42,912 nucleotides of DNA. Origin: Patescibacteria group bacterium (GTDB lineage Bacteria; Patescibacteriota; UBA1384; CAILIB01). Position 1 is the first letter of the stretch. Each line of letters opens with the position of its first letter. The notes under the pieces were generated by a model. The model was not told the DNA's origin. It saw only the letters and a program-made list of their open reading frames with translations, and did not search any database. Shown here in pieces: positions 1 to 7,701 of this stretch. The DNA lies in assembly GCA_041917855.1 (NCBI GenBank), contig JAYRWT010000072.1, forward strand, positions 1 through 42,912, written 5' to 3'. The position numbers were made by a program, and so were the translations under genes.

Positions 1-24
1 AATCCGTCGAAAGGCGGATTTTTT
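1..24 (+). terminator. Rho-independent terminator of an off-window upstream + strand transcript
   Basis: An 8-bp stem, AATCCGTC/GGCGGATT, encloses a GAAA tetraloop (9-12) and runs into a T tract ending at 24. Confidence 0.5.
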
Positions 25-338
25 GTGTGTTTTACTCTGATAAATCGGCTGCCAGTATTAAGGGAGGAAGGAACGGATTCCGTGGTGCTATCGGCGTATT
101 TTAGAGGATTAGGTTCCATGTGTTCGTGCAGTCTGCAAGTTACCAGAATCCCCTATTTAGCTCGTCTTATATCTGTTGGATATCCCACTCGAAGGGTTCC
201 TGTTCCGTGGTGGCTTAGTTCTCAAAAAGGCCAAAAAATGCTAGGATGCACCTGACAGGGAAAAATCTCATCGACACGGTGTATCAAGGCTTTATTGCCC
301 CGGGGACGCCGTCCCTCGGCGAGAAAGGGGGTGTTAAT

Positions 339-512
339 ATGTCGAACCGCACAGTGGCCAAAACTGGTCAGCCTGCGCCAGTCTCGGGACAATACCGAGC
401 GGTAGGTGGTAATACTGAGGTTACTCTAACCAAAGGAAAAACCACTCCACCAAACAACACTGGAGTACGGCAACAGTTTGTTCTCGTTGACAAGACGAAG
501 CACAAGGCTTAA
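339..512 (+). CDS. Small YjzC-like protein (57 aa)
   Basis: In-frame ATG at 339 inside the 246..512 ORF, preceded by AAGGGGGTG. The peptide has the GQPAPVSGQY motif recalled for YjzC-like small proteins. A strong terminator follows at 520-549. Confidence 0.5.
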   Translation: MSNRTVAKTGQPAPVSGQYRAVGGNTEVTLTKGKTTPPNNTGVRQQFVLVDKTKHKA

Positions 513-519
513 GCAGTGA

Positions 520-549
520 GACAGGGTGCCCCCACCCTGTCTTTTGTTT
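520..549 (+). terminator. Rho-independent terminator
   Basis: GACAGGGTG (520-528) pairs with CACCCTGTC (533-541) around a CCCC loop, followed by TTTTGTTT. Confidence 0.8.
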
Positions 550-582
550 ACTTACTTTTAGTATACGACCAATAACCGCTTG

Positions 583-1881
583 TCACCTAGCTACATCCTG
601 TAACACAAGCAGTCCGTCCTTCACTCTAAACTGGCTCCGCACATACAGCAGCACTCCTCTCTTCTCCTCATCCGTCCCATTCTCCAGCGTGAACTTAAAG
701 TAATTAAAGAGTGAATCCCGACCAATCGATTCAATTTCCTCACTCGTTTTTCCCGAAACCATTGCTGTCAGCTGCGAAAGCCGCCGCATCTCGCTATTTA
801 CCTTCTTTGCCAGCTCAATCTCATCAAGTTTCAGAAGGTGCAAACTTGCCATCAGGCTTTCGGTCAACCGATCCTCCCGCAAGTACTTTGACCGACAGTT
901 GTTCACCCCATTCTGGTTTGTGCAGTGGTAGTACACGTAGCGCACGGTCTTCCCTGTTCGGAAGGTCTTAATCTTTTCAGAGGCAGTAATGCCGTGTCCG
1001 CAGTGGCCGCACTTGAGAATTCCCACATAAATAAACCGCTTGTCGCCGTAGATCGATTTCACGGGCGCGGAGATTCTGGCGCGGGCAGCAAGAAACAGTT
1101 CCTTAGTTATGAGCGGCTCATGCTTGCCCTGGTAGAACTTCCCACTCCCTTTCGGATACTCAAACTCGCCGTAATAGAACGGGTTCTTGAGCATGTTGTA
1201 GACCATGGAAAGCGTCAGCTTTTTCTCGTTGCGGGTGCGGAAGAGCTTTTCTTCATTCATCCAATTGAGAAGACGCCTGCCAGTGAGGTCGTGATAGGCA
1301 AACTGCTCGAACATTTCTTTGATGATCGGTGCGCGAACTGGATCAATGTAGATTACCTGTGAGCCTCTCGGTGCATATTTCTGGTTGATATACCCAAGCG
1401 GCGTCATGCACGGCCGCCAGCCCATCTCGCACTTGTTCTTCTGCCCGCGCAGCACGTTCTTGGTTCGGTTGTCGTTCTCAAGCTTGGCTTGGGAACAGAG
1501 GATCATGAGCAGGAACTTCTCATTTGGGTTATTAGAGAAACTCTGGCCCGGAGTGCGGATTTCCACCAGCTTTCCGGAGTCCATAAGGTCAACGATTGAA
1601 CCCAAGTCCCCTGCATTACGAGAAAGCCGGTCTGGTGCCCAGGTGAGGATTGCGTTATATTTGCCCGCCTGCAGCTCAGCTATGAGTTCGTTGTATTCCG
1701 GCCGCTGCCCCGATGCCTTGGCGCTGTGACTCTCCCGCTTTACCGCAACAATCTTGAGCTTATACTGCGCCGCGATGTCGTGCATTTCCTTGATTTGAGA
1801 GTCAATGGAAAGGGCTTGACGCTCGTCTGATTCGGATGACTTGCGGGCGTAGAGGCAGTATTTGAGTTGTGCTGTTTCCAT
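583..1881 (-). CDS. Large serine recombinase A (resolvase catalytic domain, recombinase domain and zinc ribbon)
   Basis: N-terminal YARKSSESDERQ..SIDSQ catalytic-serine motif, WAPDRLSRN, and a Cys cluster CGHCG..YYHC. The ATG at 1881 (METAQLKY...) is preferred over the TTG at 1890. Paralog of 24451-25737. Confidence 0.92.
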   Translation of the reverse strand: METAQLKYCLYARKSSESDERQALSIDSQIKEMHDIAAQYKLKIVAVKRESHSAKASGQRPEYNELIAELQAGKYNAILTWAPDRLSRNAGDLGSIVDLMDSGKLVEIRTPGQSFSNNPNEKFLLMILCSQAKLENDNRTKNVLRGQKNKCEMGWRPCMTPLGYINQKYAPRGSQVIYIDPVRAPIIKEMFEQFAYHDLTGRRLLNWMNEEKLFRTRNEKKLTLSMVYNMLKNPFYYGEFEYPKGSGKFYQGKHEPLITKELFLAARARISAPVKSIYGDKRFIYVGILKCGHCGHGITASEKIKTFRTGKTVRYVYYHCTNQNGVNNCRSKYLREDRLTESLMASLHLLKLDEIELAKKVNSEMRRLSQLTAMVSGKTSEEIESIGRDSLFNYFKFTLENGTDEEKRGVLLYVRSQFRVKDGLLVLQDVAR

Positions 1882-1924
1882 ACAACACAATCAATGTCGG
1901 AACCTCGTAGTGAAGTCTAGTAAA

Positions 1925-1954
1925 TGAAAATGCCACCCGATTTCTCGGATGGCA
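1925..1954 (-). terminator. Terminator of the sigma-factor gene (minus strand)
   Basis: TGCCACCCGA (1931-1940) pairs with TCGGATGGCA (1945-1954) with one mismatch. The A run at 1927-1930 is the T tract on the minus strand. Confidence 0.6.
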
Positions 1955-1990
1955 TGAGATTTTGAATAGAGCGTACCTTTCAGAAACAGA

Positions 1991-3457
1991 TCAGCAACAG
2001 AGGTCGAGCTCAAGTGATTCCTTACCATTCTGCTTAACAACGAGATGTGGGTACCCTCGTCGATAGAGCCCGGCTCCTTCCTGAAGGATGACGCCTCTAG
2101 CAATAAGTGCGCAGCTTATCAGGTGAACTCGTCCAACTGCTAGTTCTGCTTCTTTTGCCACTTGCTCAAAGTCAAGGTTAACCGACCTTTCTTCAGTGAG
2201 TTGCATCCAAGCCGCAGCAGCCACTGCATACTCCTGCTCAGAAAGTTGCAATCGCTTGAAGGCACCTTCTGAGATTTTCGGCTTTGATTGCACCAATTGA
2301 TCGGAATCAGCACTGACCACCTCTCTCTTGGTTGAGATCACCTGAACAATAATTGGCTTCCGAGCTTTTGGCTCTTGAACCTTTCTTTCTGGTGGAACCT
2401 TAAGCCGAGGTGCCTTGGGAGCACGAGTACGTCGTACTCGCATCTTTACCGATGGAGGAAGTCGAAGCTTAGCACGACCATACACCCGCACTTCTTCAAC
2501 AACCTTTGTTAATCGTTCAACAAAGGTCTTCCAGTCAATACCGTGTACCGCAACCAGGTCTTCACCGTCATCCTTATGCTTGTAAGGAAGTCGGATCGAC
2601 GTAATTGGGAGATCGGCACCCACACCTAGTGCAAGGCGGAGTCTCTTAATACCCATCGCAATGATCTGCCTAACTCGCTCTCTCGTTACACTGTAGTGAC
2701 GACCGATAGTCTCTAACGTCGCATCCGACGCAGAAAGCAAGATCATCTGACGTGTACGCACAGGTAGCTCATCAAGAGCAGTCTGCAGCTGACCAGTAGT
2801 CACATCAGGAGCATATTTTTCAAGTAGCTCACCAAAGGTGACTGGCTGTTTAGCGAGCATTTGCTCAAGGGCATCGGGAGTTGCTTCGTCAGCGATGAAA
2901 TCGCCGAGTTCACTTCCACCTTCAGAATCCAAGAGTATGTTACTCGATACCACAGGTGTGGGAGTGCAAAGCTCAGTGAGCTCTACTACAGCCTCTACAG
3001 GTAGACCAAGAAAAGTAGCCATCTCCTCAGTACTTGGAAAATGCCCTTCTTGTTGGAAGAATGCAATTTCAGCTTTCCTAATTTTTGCACCCATTTCACC
3101 CACATGGATGGGAATCCGAATAGGGTTTCGTGTGTTGGCGATATGCCGTGAAATCGCCTGGCGAATCCAGTAAGGTGCATACGTGCCAAAGCTAAACCCC
3201 TTAGTAGGATCGAAAAGCTCAATCGCCCTAAGTAGACCAATGGAGCCTTCTTGCACCAGTTCCTGACGAACCTCTTCATTCTCAGTCAAAGATTTTGAAA
3301 TCCGATGCGTCAGCGTCCAGTAAACAAGCCTCTGATTCATCTCGGCGATTTTGTTGCGCAGCGTTAGATCAGTTGGATTGGCCCAGTAAGCCTCCCACAA
3401 CCGAGCCTGCTCTACAGGGACGATAGTTTCCGTGGTTACGGGAGTTTCTTGTTCCAT
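1991..3457 (-). CDS. Sigma-70 family RNA polymerase sigma factor A with a C-terminal extension of about 200 aa
   Basis: Region 2 (GSIGLLRAIELFDPTKGFSFGTYAPYWIRQAISRHI), region 3 (IRIPIHVGEM) and the region 4 HTH (LETIGRHYSVTRERVRQIIAMGIKRLR) are present. They are followed by a K/R/P-rich linker and an extra domain not found in ordinary sigma factors. Confidence 0.9.
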   Translation of the reverse strand: MEQETPVTTETIVPVEQARLWEAYWANPTDLTLRNKIAEMNQRLVYWTLTHRISKSLTENEEVRQELVQEGSIGLLRAIELFDPTKGFSFGTYAPYWIRQAISRHIANTRNPIRIPIHVGEMGAKIRKAEIAFFQQEGHFPSTEEMATFLGLPVEAVVELTELCTPTPVVSSNILLDSEGGSELGDFIADEATPDALEQMLAKQPVTFGELLEKYAPDVTTGQLQTALDELPVRTRQMILLSASDATLETIGRHYSVTRERVRQIIAMGIKRLRLALGVGADLPITSIRLPYKHKDDGEDLVAVHGIDWKTFVERLTKVVEEVRVYGRAKLRLPPSVKMRVRRTRAPKAPRLKVPPERKVQEPKARKPIIVQVISTKREVVSADSDQLVQSKPKISEGAFKRLQLSEQEYAVAAAAWMQLTEERSVNLDFEQVAKEAELAVGRVHLISCALIARGVILQEGAGLYRRGYPHLVVKQNGKESLELDLCC

Positions 3458-3497
3458 ATTGTCGAAGTCCTGACGACACGAATTGTGCCGATAGTTC

Positions 3498-3526
3498 TAT
3501 ATAGCAGAATAGAGTAGTTGTATCAA
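3498..3526 (-). promoter_or_regulatory. Candidate sigma-70 promoter for sigma factor A
   Basis: On the minus strand: TTGATA (3526-3521), a 17-nt spacer, then TATATA (3503-3498). Confidence 0.45.
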
Positions 3527-3544
3527 CCACCAATCTTTAGAGAC

Positions 3545-3572
3545 TTGAATATTTCTTGGTTTCTGGTATAGT
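3545..3572 (+). promoter_or_regulatory. Candidate sigma-70 promoter for the helicase gene
   Basis: TTGAAT (3545-3550), a 16-nt spacer, then TATAGT (3567-3572). The 5' UTR contains the hairpin GGGTTACT-ttcg-AGTAACCC. Confidence 0.5.
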
Positions 3573-3637
3573 CCTGAAAGCAAATTGAAAAGGGTTACTT
3601 TCGAGTAACCCCACCTTGAAAACACGGAATTGAAATT

Positions 3638-6298
3638 ATGAAGATACACGGCACAACTGGCAGTCTCGCCTCCGATGGCGTACTGACTCCTAAAGAGCTC
3701 TCTGAGCTTAATGAGTCACAACTCAACGATGTCAGAGCCGTACAGGCATACTGGCAACAAAACGGATATGAAGAGCCGTATCCCCTCGTCATCAAGCCAA
3801 CTGGTTACGGGAAGGGGCGTGTCATTGACGCTCTCCTCCACCCCAACCAAGAACCTGGCGTCGCCCTGCTGATCGTCGGGACAAAGAACATTCTGGTGGA
3901 ACAGAATCAGGAAGGTCTCCGTTCTCTCGTTCTCGAGGAAACTGGAGAATCCCGATTCAGCATTCTTCCAGATACCTCTGGACCCGTCATCGTCGCCACA
4001 TGGCAATCAATTGAGGCATACTGGAAGAAATTCCACACACCTCCAGAGATTGACCTGGCGATCGTCGATGAAGCGCACAATGCAGGCACGAAAAAACGTC
4101 TGCGCGCATTGAAGTGGCTACAGCCCAAGAAAGTTGTCGGTCTAACTGCTACTGCTTACCGGGCAAGTGGTGACTTACGCGCACCTGAGCACTATGGCTT
4201 TCAGCCTATTGAAGAGATCACCGACACACTCCCCGCGTGCATTGAGCGCCGCTGGCTCTCACCGCTCATGGGTCTGTGTATAGATACGGAAATTGTCCTT
4301 CCGCGAGATGTAATGACCGGAGGCACTATCTCTGGAAAGAAACTTTACCGCGAAATGCGACACCATCCAGACCTCTTTGCGGGGATTGCTCAAGAGATTA
4401 GCACACGATTCCTACCAAGTGGCATGAAGACCATTGTGGTCGTCAACCGCGTGCTGGAGGAAGCGTGCGTTATCTACAAGCACCTCGAAAACATGGGTTT
4501 CACCGTTGGGTTAGCAGTCAACCAGAGTGCTTCGCGCATGCTGGAAAACTCATACGTCACGAATGGCAGTATCGAAAGGTACAAGCTTCCTCATGACGAC
4601 CCCAACTCAATCCAGGTTCTGATCTCACCCCAGGTGATTGGCGAGGGCTTTGATGCTCCAGCAACGGAATGTGTGGTCTGGGCATCACCTACCCACTCAA
4701 GCCTGCGTTACACACAGGTTATGGGAAGAGGTGCTCGCCGCTGTCCTGGCAAGGCATACTGCTTGGTCGTCGACTTCGTCTACATGATCGAAGGCTACGG
4801 CTACAGCATGAACTTTGCTCAGTTCTTCAAGCGGAATGAGATTAAGGAGCTTGAAGGAGGATTCATGTACGTGGGTCCAACTGACGGCTCATCGCCAACA
4901 ATAATCCCTGAAACTTTCACGAGAGGTGGAAGGGTTGTTGCTATTGCTAACCTGGATAGGCCAATAGTACGCGATGCGGGTGACTGGCTCGTAAGGGGTC
5001 AAATGGCCAAAATACTAGGAAAATCTCTTTCATGGGTTACCAGTCAACTGATTGGCCTAGCAATAGAAGGTGAGGAACGACTGGACTGCATAGGCCGACC
5101 TCAACTTCATTATCCGCCAAAGACCCTCGAGGTTTTACAAGCTGTGATTTCTTCCCTACCAGATGCGGGCGGCTGGATCCCAGCCGCCAACCTTGCATCA
5201 GAAGTAGGAAAAAGTCAGAGTTGGATCACCTCAGTACTTCGCCAACTCGGGATTACCTCTGAAAAACGGGTTTCTCCCACGCGGAGGGAATACGACTATT
5301 ATCCTCCAAATGTGGTTAAAATCCTGAAAGAAGAGGCTAACCGCTATCAGCCTGCTGGTGATTGGTTAACTGCGTTCCGTATCGCTGAAAGAGTCGGAAA
5401 GACACAGAAATGGGTCATTCCAGAACTTAAGCGTCTCGGTATTAAGCCCGAACAGCGTTGGTCTTCCAACGGTCACTTGAACAGTTATTACCCACCGACA
5501 GCAGTGGATCAGCTTGAAAAAGTTATTTCCGCTGCTCCAACCCAAGGTAAGTACATCACAATCCAGAAGGCAAGCGACACCCTGGGTGTAGCAAAGCAAA
5601 GGGTTAAAAAGATCCTGGATGAACTTAAGATAAAAGGGGAAGATCGATGGGTTCAAGGACAGTTGAGGAAGCATTTCTCACCACAAGAGATTGCACAGGT
5701 GAAGGCAGCGCTGGATAGCTACCCTCTCCAAGGAAACTTCCTAACACTGGTCGAACTCGCTCGAGAAGTAGGAAAGAGCACATGCTGGTGTGAGCGAAAT
5801 CTCAAGCCACTTGGGGTAAAAACTGAAGAAAGATGGACGGATAACGGATTCAAAACCTGCTATCCACCTTCGACAGTCACATCACTTAAAGAACTCTCCA
5901 CATCAGTTCCCGAGTCAGGTGACTGGCTAACTGCGGACGAGATAAGTGTGGCAATTGGCGTCAGTCCAAGATGGGTTCAACCTCGTCTTCCCGCAGAACT
6001 CGCCGAGAAGCGACTCTCAAAGAAGAAGGGTGTCTTTACTCACTACCCACCGGAAACAATTCAGATGCTGAAGTCTGAACTAGAAAGTATTCCGGCAGCC
6101 GGTGATTGGAAAACAATCAGCGGCATGGCAACTGAACTGGGCGTTGCTCATAACTGGGTTACGGCCAGGCTCGGGTCGTACCAAGATCATTGCCAGGTTC
6201 GAAGAGCAGATGACAATCGGATGTTTAATCACTACCCGCCACATGTGCTTGAGGATCTCCGTCGCCAATGGAACGAATACAAAAAGTCCCGCAAATAG
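3638..6298 (+). CDS. SF2 (DEAH / type III restriction Res-like) helicase fused to seven tandem HTH-like repeats
   Basis: Motif I is KPTGYGKGR (GKG instead of GKT/S). Motif II is IVDEAHNAG, motif III is GLTATAY and motif VI is QVMGRGARR. The C-terminal 440 aa are repeats (see the repeat feature). Confidence 0.9.
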   Translation: MKIHGTTGSLASDGVLTPKELSELNESQLNDVRAVQAYWQQNGYEEPYPLVIKPTGYGKGRVIDALLHPNQEPGVALLIVGTKNILVEQNQEGLRSLVLEETGESRFSILPDTSGPVIVATWQSIEAYWKKFHTPPEIDLAIVDEAHNAGTKKRLRALKWLQPKKVVGLTATAYRASGDLRAPEHYGFQPIEEITDTLPACIERRWLSPLMGLCIDTEIVLPRDVMTGGTISGKKLYREMRHHPDLFAGIAQEISTRFLPSGMKTIVVVNRVLEEACVIYKHLENMGFTVGLAVNQSASRMLENSYVTNGSIERYKLPHDDPNSIQVLISPQVIGEGFDAPATECVVWASPTHSSLRYTQVMGRGARRCPGKAYCLVVDFVYMIEGYGYSMNFAQFFKRNEIKELEGGFMYVGPTDGSSPTIIPETFTRGGRVVAIANLDRPIVRDAGDWLVRGQMAKILGKSLSWVTSQLIGLAIEGEERLDCIGRPQLHYPPKTLEVLQAVISSLPDAGGWIPAANLASEVGKSQSWITSVLRQLGITSEKRVSPTRREYDYYPPNVVKILKEEANRYQPAGDWLTAFRIAERVGKTQKWVIPELKRLGIKPEQRWSSNGHLNSYYPPTAVDQLEKVISAAPTQGKYITIQKASDTLGVAKQRVKKILDELKIKGEDRWVQGQLRKHFSPQEIAQVKAALDSYPLQGNFLTLVELAREVGKSTCWCERNLKPLGVKTEERWTDNGFKTCYPPSTVTSLKELSTSVPESGDWLTADEISVAIGVSPRWVQPRLPAELAEKRLSKKKGVFTHYPPETIQMLKSELESIPAAGDWKTISGMATELGVAHNWVTARLGSYQDHCQVRRADDNRMFNHYPPHVLEDLRRQWNEYKKSRK
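4973..6295 (+). repeat. Seven tandem protein-level repeats of about 62 aa (about 186-192 nt) inside the helicase ORF
   Basis: Units start near 4973, 5162, 5354, 5540, 5726, 5912 and 6095. Consensus: aGDWlt..eiA..vGks..WV...L..LGi..E.R.......YYPP..v..Lk.....P. The units are diverged at DNA level. Confidence 0.85.
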
Positions 6299-6319
6299 CA
6301 GATAAGGAAGAATCTCTGA

Positions 6320-6347
6320 AGCCCCGGCAGTCCCGGGGCTCTTTTTG
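6320..6347 (+). terminator. Rho-independent terminator after the helicase gene
   Basis: AGCCCCGG pairs with CCGGGGCT around a CAGTC loop, followed by CTTTTTGTT. Confidence 0.8.
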
Positions 6348-6389
6348 TTATTCATACTTTAGTAATCTTTTGGTTATGCTAAGCTATTG

Positions 6390-6520
6390 ATGTCTGGATC
6401 GATAACATGCGATACCCATAGCCACATGGCGATGGTTTGCTCTCACACAAGGGCAACCATCGACAAATAGCGGGAGCAATCCTGTTATCGGTCCAGACAA
6501 CCTAGATGGTTGTCCTTTTG
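6390..6520 (+). ncRNA. Structured cis-regulatory leader RNA, copy 1 (unclassified attenuator/riboswitch-like element)
   Basis: Outer stem of 17 bp (6391-6407/6483-6499). Inner hairpin 6430-6440/6453-6462. Terminator hairpin 6496-6502/6508-6514 plus a T tract. Segment 6505-6515 can alternatively pair with 6451-6461. Compensatory changes relative to copy 2 at 25954-26090. Confidence 0.6.
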
Positions 6521-6545
6521 TTTATATAAACCTAAAAGCACCCGT

Positions 6546-7163
6546 ATGCTTACTTTAATTATCGGGATTCTCTGGACTCTCTTGATCGTTGGACTTATTA
6601 GCCCAAGCTTCTTTAGTAAGATGTTTAAGGGAGAATATACCCGCAAGAAGATTGTCCTTATCTTAGTTCCCGCAATGGTTGTAATAGGAATTATCGGAGC
6701 TGCCCTTAGTCCAAAGGAAACAACAACAGACCAAGTAACGCAAACTTCCACAACGCCAACTCCAACCTCCACACCGGTTAACGTGCTTTTTGATCTATCT
6801 AACGCAAAAGGTAAAACACCTGAAGAAATCGTAGCAGCATTGGGTGAGCCAACGAAAAAATTTGAACCCAACAACACGCAGAAAGAACTAGCACAAAGTG
6901 GACAATTTAAGTATGACGTTGACTATGAATGGCACAAAGAAGACCAAATTCTCTATATGAGTTTTGACTATACAACGAAGGTTGTTAGAGATTTCTTTCT
7001 TGATTGCAGAGGTGATGGTTACGAAGGTAGCTGTAAGAATACTGAGCAAGTAATCAATCGCCTTAAAGCTCAATTGAACGCAGATACCAGCGGTATGAGA
7101 GTAGAAGCTGTCAGGGTCCTCAAAGACCCCACTAGTATTACTGGTATTAAGCTGATTCCGTAG
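6546..7163 (+). CDS. Membrane-anchored secreted protein, unknown function
   Basis: The ATG at 6546 lies downstream of the leader terminator, whereas the track start at 6510 lies inside the terminator hairpin. It has two N-terminal hydrophobic segments, a T/P-rich linker and a globular C-terminal domain. Confidence 0.7.
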   Translation: MLTLIIGILWTLLIVGLISPSFFSKMFKGEYTRKKIVLILVPAMVVIGIIGAALSPKETTTDQVTQTSTTPTPTSTPVNVLFDLSNAKGKTPEEIVAALGEPTKKFEPNNTQKELAQSGQFKYDVDYEWHKEDQILYMSFDYTTKVVRDFFLDCRGDGYEGSCKNTEQVINRLKAQLNADTSGMRVEAVRVLKDPTSITGIKLIP

Positions 7164-7701
7164 GTTCCTTAATTCCTAAAAGCTGACTCAACAACCGGCC
7201 ATTTTGCTCCAGCTGCTCTTTCACCTCAGCTTTAGCCTCAATATCGCGGAGGAACAGCTGATCCTTCGGTCGCATGAGGTTCATATCCATGCGCTCTAGA
7301 ATGAACTTAGCGGCGGCAAGATCCCCTGCCGCAACAGCCGAAGCCAGTAGCCCATAAGAAGCTGCAACAAGACTGTCTTTCTCCGCTGTTACCTCCACAC
7401 CAACACGCTCGGGCGGCAACTTATACTCCCCATCCCGCCGCGACAGGTGGTAGCGAATCGCCCACGACTCCCCTTGGTCAATCTTCTGCAGCAGACGAGA
7501 ACGCGCCAAATCGTTCACTTCTTGGGTGCCGAGCATATGTGCCTCATCTGCCGCTTCCTTAAATGTCGGGTCGTCCTTGTACCAGCGGTAGTACTGGGCT
7601 TTGGACAGACCCGCCCGCTTGCATGCCGCACTCACAATCCCGTGCTTCGAGAGCTCCTCAAGCAGCGCTTTGGTCACCGATTTGCGCTGCCGCTGGTTCA
7701 T
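7147..7701 (-). CDS. Terminase small subunit-like HTH protein A
   Basis: N-terminal HTH (GIVSAACKRAGLSKAQYYRWYKDDPTFKEA) of the type seen in phage TerS / phBC6A51-type HTH proteins. Its start overlaps the upstream stop (ATGA). Paralog of 28502-28945. Confidence 0.6.
   Translation of the reverse strand: MNQRQRKSVTKALLEELSKHGIVSAACKRAGLSKAQYYRWYKDDPTFKEAADEAHMLGTQEVNDLARSRLLQKIDQGESWAIRYHLSRRDGEYKLPPERVGVEVTAEKDSLVAASYGLLASAVAAGDLAAAKFILERMDMNLMRPKDQLFLRDIEAKAEVKEQLEQNGRLLSQLLGIKEPTESA

Noticed and set aside
78-212. The direct repeat TTCCGTGGTG at 78-87 and 203-212, and the 25-255 ORF.
   Set aside because: A 10-nt repeat occurring twice in 43 kb is weak evidence. There is no associated structure or coding signal, and the ORF lacks an RBS and lies right after a terminator.
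6390-6520. The idea that the two 130-170 nt similar elements are attL/attR-type direct repeats used by the serine recombinases.
   Set aside because: The copies are only partly identical. Their differences are compensatory within stems, each ends in a hairpin plus T tract directly upstream of a gene, and serine integrase att sites do not need long homology. I cannot fully exclude a dual role.
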